Positions 15,501-23,880 of a stretch of DNA of 64,000 nt are shown here, in pieces. How positions within the stretch are numbered: the first letter of the stretch is position 1; each line of letters starts with the position of its first letter. The translations under genes and the position numbers were made by a program. The notes under the pieces were generated by a model. The model made no database searches. It was not told where the DNA came from and saw only the letters and a program-made list of their open reading frames with translations. Origin of the DNA: Candidatus Enterousia sp. (GTDB lineage: Bacteria > Pseudomonadota > Alphaproteobacteria > Rs-D84); NCBI GenBank assembly GCA_045654485.1, contig JAZONN010000003.1, forward strand, positions 14,715 through 78,714, given 5' to 3'.

Positions 15501-17561
15501 CGCAGAAGCACCAGCATCCGACCAAGTTCCGCCAGAACAGTAGTAACACGCAGAGGCACCAGAGCTCGAATATTCGCCGGCGGCACATTGGCCACAGGAT
15601 TTACCGGCTACACAGCCATCACCCGGCTCGGCCGGTGTCACAGATGTACCACCACCCGATGAATAATAACCCGCCGCAACCAGGCCGCATTCATACCCCG
15701 CCAAACAGCCCTTACCCGTAGTGGTCGGCTGCGCAGCTGTACCACCGCCGGTTGAATAATGACCCGCCGCAACCGTACCACAGGATTTGCCACTTACGCA
15801 TCCATTGCCCGCAGCGGTCGGAGTCGCAGATGTACCACCACTGGTTGAATAATAACCCGCCGCAACCGTACCGCAGGATTTGCCCGATGTACAGTCGCTG
15901 CTTGTCGGGGTCACAGATTTACCACCGCCGGTTGAATAATAACCCGCCGCAACCGTACCACATTTATACGATGACAAACAGGAATTGGACGCAGTTTTAC
16001 CACCACCCGTTGAATAATAACCCGCCGTAACCGTACCGCATTTATACCCCGCCAAACAGCCATTACCCGCAGCGGTCGGCGTCTCAGATGTACCACCGCC
16101 CGTTGAATAATAACCCGCACCAACCGCACCGCATGTATTGCCCGATGTACAGTCGCTGCTTGTCGGCGTCTGAGATTTACCACCGCCGGTCGAATAATAA
16201 CCACCACTAACCGAACCACACGTGTTGCCCGATACACAGTCGCCAGTCGCAGATTTACCACCACCCGTCGAATAATAACCCGCCGCAACCGGACCGCATG
16301 TATTGCCCGATGTACAGTCGCTGCTTGTCGGTGTCGCAGATTTACCACCGCCGGTTGAATAATAACCCGCCGCAACTGTGCCGTTACCAGTTGAAGACGT
16401 TGCACCATACGTTGAATAATAGCCCGCCGCAACTATGCCGCATTCATACCCCGCCAAACAGCCATTATCCGCAGCGGTCGGCGTCGCAGATGTACCACCA
16501 CCGGTTGAATAATAACCAGGACTAACCGTACCACAATAAGAGGATGTACAGTCGGCACGGGCCGATGGATTAGAAACCTTGGCACCACCCTGTGAATAAT
16601 AACCCGCCGCAACTGCGCCGTTACCAGTTGAAGACGTTGCACCACCGGTTGAATAATAACCCGCATCAACCGGACCGCATGTATTGCCCGACAAGCATCC
16701 ATTGCCCGCCGCAGTTGGTGTCGATGTTGTGGCACCACCCGTTGAATAATAACCTTTGGCAACCTGACCGCATGTATTGCCCGATGTACAGTCGCTGCTT
16801 GTCGGTGTCGCAGATTTAGCACCGCCGGTTGAATAATAACCCGCCGATAATGTTCCCGTTATGCCCATATTGACTGCGCCATTAGCCGTCGGCGCACTGA
16901 ATGTGCCGCCCGCACAATATTTACCGCCCGGGCAAGTTTCACATGTGCACGACAAATCAACAGTGCATTTTAAATATTGTCCTGCAGAACATGAATATGT
17001 GTTAAGTGTATTGTTTGCATAGAGCGTCGTTGCAGACGTTGGGCGGAAACCTAATAAGTTATCCGTAAATGTGCCGTTGGCATTAATATATTGTCTGCCC
17101 GAACCACCGGATGACGCAAAAACACCCGCAAACGTTCGGTTGCCCGCAAGATTATCCGGTGTCCACGATGTTATTTGGTTTTCTGCATTGGCGTCGGAAT
17201 ACACTTTGCCATCCAACCCCAGATATATCACAGATGTCTTGGCAGGAGACGGAGTCGCACTAGAATAAATACTGATTCTATATAATGGAGGTTTTGTCCC
17301 ACCGGGGCATGAAACAAATGATGAATACTGCGACGGACATGCCTTACATAGGTTACCAGCAACCGGCGTGCCGTTATGTGGATATGTATGGTACCACAAT
17401 GTAGATGCTGTAGTCGCAGCCACAGACATATAGTAGCCAGATTGACACGATGTATATTTCTTATCCAGCGGACATGAATAACCACCAGCAAAAGCATTTG
17501 ATGAAAAACAGATTAAGCAAAAATACGCAAAAATACGCAGAAATCTAGACATTCTTCTCAC
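12582..17561 (-). CDS. Giant secreted Cys-rich surface protein (GCC2/GCC3-like CPAGxYS repeats, InlB-B/Flg_new domains)
   Basis: Signal peptide; CPAGTYS/CPGGKYC motifs; YDANGGTG..FLGWA..TLYAVW modules; 15 GYYSTGG-type repeats. Confidence 0.85.
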   Translation of the reverse strand: MRRMSRFLRIFAYFCLICFSSNAFAGGYSCPLDKKYTSCQSGYYMSVAATTASTLWYHTYPHNGTPVAGNLCKACPSQYSSFVSCPGGTKPPLYRISIYSSATPSPAKTSVIYLGLDGKVYSDANAENQITSWTPDNLAGNRTFAGVFASSGGSGRQYINANGTFTDNLLGFRPTSATTLYANNTLNTYSCSAGQYLKCTVDLSCTCETCPGGKYCAGGTFSAPTANGAVNMGITGTLSAGYYSTGGAKSATPTSSDCTSGNTCGQVAKGYYSTGGATTSTPTAAGNGCLSGNTCGPVDAGYYSTGGATSSTGNGAVAAGYYSQGGAKVSNPSARADCTSSYCGTVSPGYYSTGGGTSATPTAADNGCLAGYECGIVAAGYYSTYGATSSTGNGTVAAGYYSTGGGKSATPTSSDCTSGNTCGPVAAGYYSTGGGKSATGDCVSGNTCGSVSGGYYSTGGGKSQTPTSSDCTSGNTCGAVGAGYYSTGGGTSETPTAAGNGCLAGYKCGTVTAGYYSTGGGKTASNSCLSSYKCGTVAAGYYSTGGGKSVTPTSSDCTSGKSCGTVAAGYYSTSGGTSATPTAAGNGCVSGKSCGTVAAGHYSTGGGTAAQPTTTGKGCLAGYECGLVAAGYYSSGGGTSVTPAEPGDGCVAGKSCGQCAAGEYSSSGASACYYCSGGTWSDAGASACLTCPAGTYSNARSRSTICLRCDVGTTSVAGTAPGETACSACSNASNVSSWLTPGWTAETNSATNICQINACSTKYILSDNACTACIFIPNSNVSSATVESSSNTQCLYSYICKTGYHVNGTTDGTTNGFTTGAEGSAQNSVGDCVANPYTVQYDANGGTGTTASQNLKYGIRFSPYGSRFTYAGRKFLGWAMSPQATTPEYIPGQTYYDGLTTEYSGTVTLYAVWEAMVVNGPQNNSKVYDGTPLTCNGGLSVTSPSGAEIKYATSQNGTYSATAPTITNVKDSKTIYYQISATDYTPLSGSFKCTIAKAPNPITLSAYAAHVPYGRTITVSVVDAQGELSVSNTSVATVKLSGTIVEMTGGSSYGNAVITVTAGGNDNYLVGSKPFTLNVDRGLVTLDPGAGTGGTPRIYHQYNTNVWLDAFEGHEMRPSTIPITIPTRNGYTFVGYYADENSTTALIGENGYITPDGFAAATAAKSNITWVARWMACPYAVVFDANGGSGSMTSQNFAIDNAQNLKANTFTRGGYKFLGWATTKNATTAEYTNGQSVKNLVTTCDVDDVTLYAVWTPHTITINYDSNGGTSVASTTCEYDSTFVLAAAPANSGKQFSNWSVNGGTYNSGATIDCNYATLGVYSGAATIKANWGTCPAGSYCPTDGAPQACPPNYPNSTAGATIRSDCYLITTVGNYVATKNAAEVTCKSGGYYCEGGWRIFYGLTGGFSECDDLSGIEVPNGTYSTSPSTGASASSACRYVAPSTTVTGCSTVTRNTVSYTGSKWNSNYYTVTAAKGYHVGDNNVANPTCVVCGADEYQTSNNSTATSCTPCLTNYHTYGDTAADHDAASDCQISCDGGSYLAKANDTTCTNVGAGYWAQSSMVAQGSAGSRTQCKNGWTTIGYGFGANEEDDCGRIFNYGNQKIYLRSAKRGDASQPALHVKIGDVIFYGTMKQVSGPQSGFNAEYDGKNYLITNDDQ
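15580..16850 (-). repeat. Mosaic coding repeat array (15 units of 19-31 aa)
   Basis: Recurrent GAATAATAACCCGCCGCAAC (+ strand) core encoding AGYYSTGG, with a few alternative Cys-pair linkers. Confidence 0.9.
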
Positions 17562-17710
17562 TTCTTTTTCTCGTTACACGTGTATCATAGAAAAATTACG
17601 GTGTTCGTACAAGTAAAAAAACCATAAAAAAGGTGTTTTTTATCGTTTGACAGTTTTTTTGAAATTTAACAATTTTTCGTATCGGGGTGGCGGTACTTTA
17701 TTGTAACGAA

Positions 17711-18021
17711 CTATGGTGCGGAAGTAAATTATTGGCAACACCTGGGTCCCGTGGTCAAGCCACGGGATGACAAAAGATGGATGAGACGACGGGGCTTTTT
17801 CTTGTAATGCTGGGGACGCATAAAAAAAACAAGCTATGGTGCGGAAGCAAATCATCGGCAACACCTGGGTCCCGTGGTCAAGCCACGGGATGACAAAAGA
17901 TGGATGAGACGACGGGGCTTTTCTTGTGATGCTGGGGACGTATAAAAAAACAAGCTATGGTGCGGAAGTAAATTATTGGCAACACCTGGGTCCCGTGGTC
18001 AAGCCACGGGATGACAAAAGA
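17711..18021. repeat. Tandem ~122-bp repeat (2.5 units) carrying 3 RPE4/REP-like palindromes
   Basis: Units start at 17711, 17834 and 17955; each has CTGGG-TCCCGTGG-TCAAG-CCACGGGA-TGAC. Confidence 0.9.
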
Positions 18022-18025
18022 GAGT

Positions 18026-18056
18026 AAAAAAACAACCCGCCGTTATGGCGGGGTGT
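18026..18056 (-). terminator. Intrinsic terminator of the rpiB operon
   Basis: CCCGCC/GGCGGG hairpin with an A-tract on + (U-tract on -). Confidence 0.7.
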
Positions 18057-18059
18057 GAT

Positions 18060-18509
18060 TTAAGAAATCTGTTCAACACGACGAATTCGACGTTCAATCG
18101 CATCAAACGGGCTTTCTAAAAACGTTTGGGCGCATAGAAACGCAACCTCTATATCAATATCGTCGGCCGCCAATGCCAAAACGTTAATATCGTCATGAAA
18201 ACGATCGTCACGGGCCTGAGACGGACGGTCACAACGAGACGCACGTATGTGACGATAACGGTTCGCCGCAATCATTACACCGGCGCCCGTGCCACAAATT
18301 ATAATACCACGTGTGTTCACATCGCCGTTCGCCATCGCATCCGCCAATGTCGCCGCAACATCCGGATAATCAACAACAGTTTTAGGATCATCAACACCCA
18401 AATTCACAACGTTATAACCCGCCGCAGACAACATTTCAATCAAATATAACTTTAAACCAGCACCACGATGATCGGCCGCAATGTAAACCGTAGATATCAA
18501 TTTGTTCAT
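18060..18509 (-). CDS. rpiB: Ribose-5-phosphate isomerase B (RpiB/LacA/LacB)
   Basis: AADHRG, VDYPD, IICGTGAG..IAANR, INVLAL. Confidence 0.9.
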   Translation of the reverse strand: MNKLISTVYIAADHRGAGLKLYLIEMLSAAGYNVVNLGVDDPKTVVDYPDVAATLADAMANGDVNTRGIIICGTGAGVMIAANRYRHIRASRCDRPSQARDDRFHDDINVLALAADDIDIEVAFLCAQTFLESPFDAIERRIRRVEQIS

Positions 18510-18856
18510 TTGTCTTTGTCCTTTCGTTTAGATAATTTGCATTCCAGACCCGTATTGCCAGTAATGTTTATCGTGTGATACGATAAAACACCAGTCATGC
18601 GAGCCGCACTAAAAATATTCGCAGTATTGACCGTTGCGGGACCTTCCAGTGTGCCATGCAAAAACAGCACAGGCGTTTTAACCGTGCCAACCACACGACC
18701 GCCACGACCAATAACAACCGTTTCGGCAATAATGTCACCAATAACTTCGCCATGAATTTGAACCGTATGATCCGTTTTAATGTCACCGGTTAATTTACAG
18801 CCCGCACCAATGATGGTTGGTGATTGCTTTTCCGTAGAGTTCGTAAATGCCAACAT
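18506..18856 (-). CDS. Bactofilin (polymer-forming cytoskeletal protein)
   Basis: TIIGAGCKLTGDI..VQIHGEVIGDI..VIGRGGRVVG; directly downstream of an M23 peptidase. Confidence 0.88.
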   Translation of the reverse strand: MLAFTNSTEKQSPTIIGAGCKLTGDIKTDHTVQIHGEVIGDIIAETVVIGRGGRVVGTVKTPVLFLHGTLEGPATVNTANIFSAARMTGVLSYHTINITGNTGLECKLSKRKDKDK

Positions 18857-18857
18857 G

Positions 18858-20135
18858 TTATTCGTCCTTTACAAATTTAGTGGGGTCAAATGGTGTGCCT
18901 TTATAGCGGATTTCATAGTGTAAATGTGGACCGGTCGAACGACCAGATGAACCCGCCAAACCAATTACTGTGCCAGGACGAACCCAGTCGCCACGTGACA
19001 CCAATATCTGAGATAAATGGGCATACAATGTCGTAAAACCCAAACCGTGATCAATTTCAACCGTCGTACCATAGCCAACACGTTCACCGGCAGACACCAC
19101 ACGACCAGGTGCAACCGCCATTAATTCTGTGCCGATTTTGCCGGCAAAGTCAATACCACGATGCTTCTTGGGCTTGCCAGTAAACGGATCGTTACGGGTA
19201 CCATAATTCGATGTAATGCGGGATTTTACAGGTTTACCCAATGGTAAAACTTCGTTCAAACGACGCAGACCGTTCCAACGTTCAAGACCATCCGCCAATT
19301 TTTGATATTTTGAATCCAATTCTTTGTCAAATTCAATCGGACTAAACGCCGCACCAACCAACGGATTGGTGTATTTGTTTGCATTTTTGATTAAGGTTTG
19401 TTGGCTTAACCCCAATGTCGCCAAAGTAGAATTAATACGCTTTATATTTTGCTGTAAATCATCGGTGTTTGTTTGGGTTAACGTAGCAACCGTTTCAACA
19501 ATCACATTATCCGCATCGGCAATCGATGCCATAGATTCAACAATTTGGGCATTGCGACGCTTTAATTCTTCGTTTTCGGCACGGGTCAATTCATATTCCG
19601 CAGATAATTCAGACAGTTTTGTGTATTCAGGGGTAAATTCTTCGTCACGCAACATTTCAACAATGCGGGTACGTAAAAAATCCAATTCGCCCCACGTCTT
19701 GATACGAGTGTTCATTAATTTTTCACGTTCAGAATCTTTTAATTCTTTGTCATTTAATACTTTGTCATCAATAACATTTAATGAACGAACCAATTCATTA
19801 TACTTGGTCAAATATGTCTGTAAATCAGACATATGACGGGTGTGCGTGGCACGAACCTCTTCCAACTGCTGGGTACGTTTTTGTAATAATGGACGATGAT
19901 ACACAAATACGTATGTCGACCAGGCCGCCCAGATAATTAAACCAACTTTGCCACAAAAACGGGTAAAACGCCAAAAACTACTCTGCCCATATGTGTAAAC
20001 ATTGCCACGTGGCGTGTCCATAACCGTAAATTCACGAGGCGGAAATATGCGAACAATCATGCGCCATATGGCACGAAATGGCGATGTTATAAACGCCCAT
20101 AGTGATGTAAAATATCGTGTTATAAAATTTATCAT
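18858..20135 (-). CDS. M23 family metallopeptidase with TM and coiled coil
   Basis: ITSNYGTRNDPF..HRGIDF, YAHL, GRSTGPHLHYE. Confidence 0.92.
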   Translation of the reverse strand: MINFITRYFTSLWAFITSPFRAIWRMIVRIFPPREFTVMDTPRGNVYTYGQSSFWRFTRFCGKVGLIIWAAWSTYVFVYHRPLLQKRTQQLEEVRATHTRHMSDLQTYLTKYNELVRSLNVIDDKVLNDKELKDSEREKLMNTRIKTWGELDFLRTRIVEMLRDEEFTPEYTKLSELSAEYELTRAENEELKRRNAQIVESMASIADADNVIVETVATLTQTNTDDLQQNIKRINSTLATLGLSQQTLIKNANKYTNPLVGAAFSPIEFDKELDSKYQKLADGLERWNGLRRLNEVLPLGKPVKSRITSNYGTRNDPFTGKPKKHRGIDFAGKIGTELMAVAPGRVVSAGERVGYGTTVEIDHGLGFTTLYAHLSQILVSRGDWVRPGTVIGLAGSSGRSTGPHLHYEIRYKGTPFDPTKFVKDE

Positions 20136-20815
20136 GCGTCTGATACTTTACCCAATGCTTTTGCAATAGTCAAGCCATCACGTAAAATAGCACCGTTGTT
20201 CATAGATAGCCCACGATGAATCACACCAATGCCACGTGTGCCCAAACGACCAGATACCAATACACGCTCAGCCGTGTCTTTGCCGCCAAATAATGGCATT
20301 ATAGTTATGTCGCCTAAACGCATAGACATGACACCAATGACCGTACCAATCGTCGCTGCATCCGTTATTATGCAAAACGTCCCCATCGGACGCACACGGG
20401 CAATACAGCGTGATATCCATAACGATAAATCAGAATTATGGTGTGCATTATGCGCCGCAGGTGTACCATAAAAATACGGCGGATTCGTTACCACGACATC
20501 AAACGTGCGTGACGTGCGCCAAGTATAAATATCGGCGTTTATTAATTCAATATTTGCGTCATTTAGTTCCGCATTTGCGACACAGGCCGCCAACATTTCG
20601 TCCGATGTGTCAAGCCCCGTTATTTTTGCGGCGGGATTATGCGCATGCATACATAATGCCACCCCACCCGTCCCAACGCCAACATCCAAAACAGTTTTTG
20701 CATCGGTCGGCGCAAAGGCCGCCAACCACACCGCATCAGATGTTGGATTATAGACACCACGGCGCATTTTAACACGCCCGCCAAGTAATGTAAAAATTTC
20801 TTGTTTTATAGACAT
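20132..20815 (-). CDS. SAM methyltransferase (TrmN6/YfiC-like)
   Basis: SDAVWLAAF, LDVGVGTGG, TNPPY. Confidence 0.8.
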   Translation of the reverse strand: MSIKQEIFTLLGGRVKMRRGVYNPTSDAVWLAAFAPTDAKTVLDVGVGTGGVALCMHAHNPAAKITGLDTSDEMLAACVANAELNDANIELINADIYTWRTSRTFDVVVTNPPYFYGTPAAHNAHHNSDLSLWISRCIARVRPMGTFCIITDAATIGTVIGVMSMRLGDITIMPLFGGKDTAERVLVSGRLGTRGIGVIHRGLSMNNGAILRDGLTIAKALGKVSDA

Positions 20816-20855
20816 ATGGATATATAATAAAACATCAAAACAAAAAGGCAAGTTT

Positions 20856-21842
20856 ATGTTGAACGATACAGTAATAGTCCAAAGTGCAATTAGTGCATTT
20901 AATAACGCCGCATTGGTTTCGCCGGCTTTTTTATGGTGGACTTTGTTGGCAATACCACTATTTGTGATTGTGTTTTGGTTTTCAGCACAAATTCGTCAAC
21001 GCTTGCAGTGGAATAGTGAAAACATAATATCTAAATCAGCAGTATGGATTGCCGGTTTAACTGGTGCTTGGGTTGTGTTGATGGGTGGAAACTATGCGGT
21101 TTTGCGTGATAACACATCCGTTTTGCCAGAAACTGTGGCGGTTATCGTATTTTTGGCGACACTAATGATATCATCGCATACAAGAACAAAAAAAATACCA
21201 AAGACGGGCTGGAAACAATGGGGGCTAATTGCAATTATATTGGGTATAATTGCTATGTCGGATACGCACGCTTGGTGGGGACCCCTGCTGCAAATTGCCG
21301 CAGTTGCATTAGGATTTGCTTTGGGCCGTGTCGCCAAAGCAGATATGCGACCAGTTGCGGGAACATTATTAATCACAACCACCACAACGGTCGCAATGTT
21401 GATGCAGCCAGAATTCTTTCGCTTTGGACAATTAGGACAATTAAGCGCAGTTCACTTAATCGCATTGTTGATGTTTGGCATGGCGACCGCTGTGACAGTT
21501 GCACTTACTAATTTCCGCCCAAAAAATGCAATTAGACGTGGAGTATTTATCAAAATCAAATGGCTAATGCGTGTTATGTGCGCATTGGGAATCGCACTGT
21601 TTTTGTTAACCGAAGCAATACCAGTATATCTTGGAACAATGGTGGCGGTTATGATGTCTTGTGCCCTATCAATAATGCACGCACAGAAAATTCATGATGA
21701 AACCGCAAATAAAATCTTTGCCGTCGCCATGGGGACTTTCGGCACTATAGCCGTTATGCCCGCAGTTGTCGCAATCGCAATATTAATTTGGACCGCAATG
21801 CCACAGGGTGGATTAAAAGCGGATTTGCGCCAATTGTTATAA
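20856..21842 (+). CDS. Polytopic membrane protein, unknown function
   Basis: 328-aa ORF with many hydrophobic helices. Confidence 0.7.
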   Translation: MLNDTVIVQSAISAFNNAALVSPAFLWWTLLAIPLFVIVFWFSAQIRQRLQWNSENIISKSAVWIAGLTGAWVVLMGGNYAVLRDNTSVLPETVAVIVFLATLMISSHTRTKKIPKTGWKQWGLIAIILGIIAMSDTHAWWGPLLQIAAVALGFALGRVAKADMRPVAGTLLITTTTTVAMLMQPEFFRFGQLGQLSAVHLIALLMFGMATAVTVALTNFRPKNAIRRGVFIKIKWLMRVMCALGIALFLLTEAIPVYLGTMVAVMMSCALSIMHAQKIHDETANKIFAVAMGTFGTIAVMPAVVAIAILIWTAMPQGGLKADLRQLL

Positions 21843-21924
21843 TTTGTTATATTTCTTGTATACCATTTTTGTTCGCCATAATGTATTATGCACACCGTTA
21901 GTAATATAAAAAACGAGATATCTT

Positions 21925-22722
21925 ATGGCAATACATCCAACAGCAATTGTTCACGAAGGCGCAAAATTAGGCGCAGATTGTAAAATTGGCCCATATTGTA
22001 TAATTGGCCCAAACGTCGTATTAGGCGATCGTGTAGAGTTAGTTTCACACGTTGTAATTGATGGAAAAACATCTATTGGGGACGATTCTATTGTTTATCC
22101 ATTCGCCGTCTTGGGTGTGATGAGCCAGGACTTAAAATGGCAAGACGAAGCAAGTATGACCGGATTAAGAATTGGCAAACGATGCAGAATCCGTGAATAT
22201 GCGACAATTCATTCGGGAACGCCCGCATCCGATGGTACGGTCATCGGTGATGATTGTCAGATTATGGTTAATGCACACGTTGGCCACGACTGCAAAGTTG
22301 GAAATAGCGTCGTTATGTCGAACCTTGTTCAGGTTGCAGGCCACGTGGAAATAGAAGATTTTGCAATCTTGTCCGGTGGCACAATGGTGTTGCAGTTTGC
22401 ACGCATCGGTCGAAACGCATTTATCGGCGGCATGTCGGGTGTTGGTAACGACGTTTTACCATATGCGATTTATGATGGCGGACGTGCCGTTTATAGAACA
22501 ATTAACCGTGTTGGCTTAATGCGTCACGGATTCACAAACGAAGATATGCACGCAATTCATTCTGTGTATGCTGCGGTTTTCCGTGGCGGCGAAGGTACCG
22601 TGTCGGAACGCTTGGCCAAAGTGCGTAAGGAAGTGAAAAATAACAAATACGCAATGGACGCAATTGATTTTATTGAAAATCGTTCTAAACGTGGAATTGG
22701 CACATCTAAAAATGCAGAATAA
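21925..22722 (+). CDS. lpxA: UDP-GlcNAc acyltransferase
   Basis: IHPTAIV..GA.LG..IGPYC hexapeptide repeats, QDLK, IREYATIH, HVGHDC, INRVGL. Confidence 0.95.
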   Translation: MAIHPTAIVHEGAKLGADCKIGPYCIIGPNVVLGDRVELVSHVVIDGKTSIGDDSIVYPFAVLGVMSQDLKWQDEASMTGLRIGKRCRIREYATIHSGTPASDGTVIGDDCQIMVNAHVGHDCKVGNSVVMSNLVQVAGHVEIEDFAILSGGTMVLQFARIGRNAFIGGMSGVGNDVLPYAIYDGGRAVYRTINRVGLMRHGFTNEDMHAIHSVYAAVFRGGEGTVSERLAKVRKEVKNNKYAMDAIDFIENRSKRGIGTSKNAE

Positions 22723-23848
22723 TCACAAAAAAATATTTATCATCGCCGGTGAAGTATCTGGTGATGTTTTGGGCGGTCGCATTATGCAACAAATGCCGGA
22801 GATGCAATTTGTTGGCATCGGTGGCGAAAACATGCAAAGAGCCGGATTAAAATCTATTTTCCCCATGTCTGATTTGGCGGTTATGGGCATAATAGAGGTT
22901 TTGGCACACGCACGCACATTAACCGCACGCATCAACCAGACCGTTAATCGAATAATTGCCGAACGCCCCGACATCGTATTAACAATTGACGCACCTGGTT
23001 TTGCCAAGGGTGTTATCAAAAAATTACGCAAAACTTCGGCGGGACAAAAACTAATTGAATCTGGCCTACAGTTTCATCACGTTGTCGCACCACAGGTATG
23101 GGCGTGGCGTTCAGGTCGTGCAAAAAAATATGCAAAAACATTCGATAAACTGTATGCATTTTTTGAATTTGAAGTGCCATACTTTACAAAACACGGATTA
23201 GATACTGTTGCCGTTGGCCATCCAATCGCAAATGGATTAATTGGTAAAAAAAGCAGAAAAAGCAGCGAAGAAAAAATTATTAGTTTAATCCCCGGCAGCA
23301 GAATGTCCGAAGTAAAACGATTGTTGCCAGTTATGCACGACACAATGGATATGCTGTGTCGCAACGGCTATACAGGATACAAGTTTGTTATACCAGTTGT
23401 CGAAACAACCGAAGAATATATAAAAAATGAAATTAAGCATTGGCGATTTAAGCCAGAGTTAGTATCAGCCCATGATAGATATGATTTATTTAAAAAAACA
23501 TATATAGCCATTGCGGCCAGCGGTACAGTATCGGCAGAATTAGCAATGTTGCACATACCAACAATTGTCGTTTATAAAATGAACCCTATTACGACATGGA
23601 TCGGCAAACAAATTATTAAGGTTAAATGGGTATCTTTGGTCAACATATTGTTAAACCGAACCGTTTATCCAGAAATTTTGGGCAACAATGTGACGCCAGA
23701 AAATATATTGAATGCATTTCAGCAATTGACCATACCATCAAATCGTGAAAAAATTATTAACGATTTGACTGAAGCAGACAAACTATGGTTGCCACATGGC
23801 ATAGATGCAGCACAAACTATTGCACAACATATTCAACAACTGTCATAA
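22712..23848 (+). CDS. lpxB: Lipid-A-disaccharide synthase
   Basis: IAGEVSGD, AVMG, IDAPGF, APQVWAWR, VGHP, PGSR, ASGTVSAEL, LVNI. Confidence 0.95.
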   Translation: MQNNHKKIFIIAGEVSGDVLGGRIMQQMPEMQFVGIGGENMQRAGLKSIFPMSDLAVMGIIEVLAHARTLTARINQTVNRIIAERPDIVLTIDAPGFAKGVIKKLRKTSAGQKLIESGLQFHHVVAPQVWAWRSGRAKKYAKTFDKLYAFFEFEVPYFTKHGLDTVAVGHPIANGLIGKKSRKSSEEKIISLIPGSRMSEVKRLLPVMHDTMDMLCRNGYTGYKFVIPVVETTEEYIKNEIKHWRFKPELVSAHDRYDLFKKTYIAIAASGTVSAELAMLHIPTIVVYKMNPITTWIGKQIIKVKWVSLVNILLNRTVYPEILGNNVTPENILNAFQQLTIPSNREKIINDLTEADKLWLPHGIDAAQTIAQHIQQLS

Positions 23849-23880
23849 AAAAACCGCCGTTTGGCGGATTTTTTATTGTT

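Noticed and set aside
15580-16850. Constant ~20-nt motif with variable spacers looks CRISPR-like
   Set aside because: It is in-frame within a long CDS, the spacers are homologous to each other and multiples of 3, and there are no cas genes.
17711-18021. Three palindromic repeats as a mini-CRISPR; ORF 17640-17864
   Set aside because: The intervening sequences are near-identical rather than unique spacers. The ORF is just a translation of the repeat.
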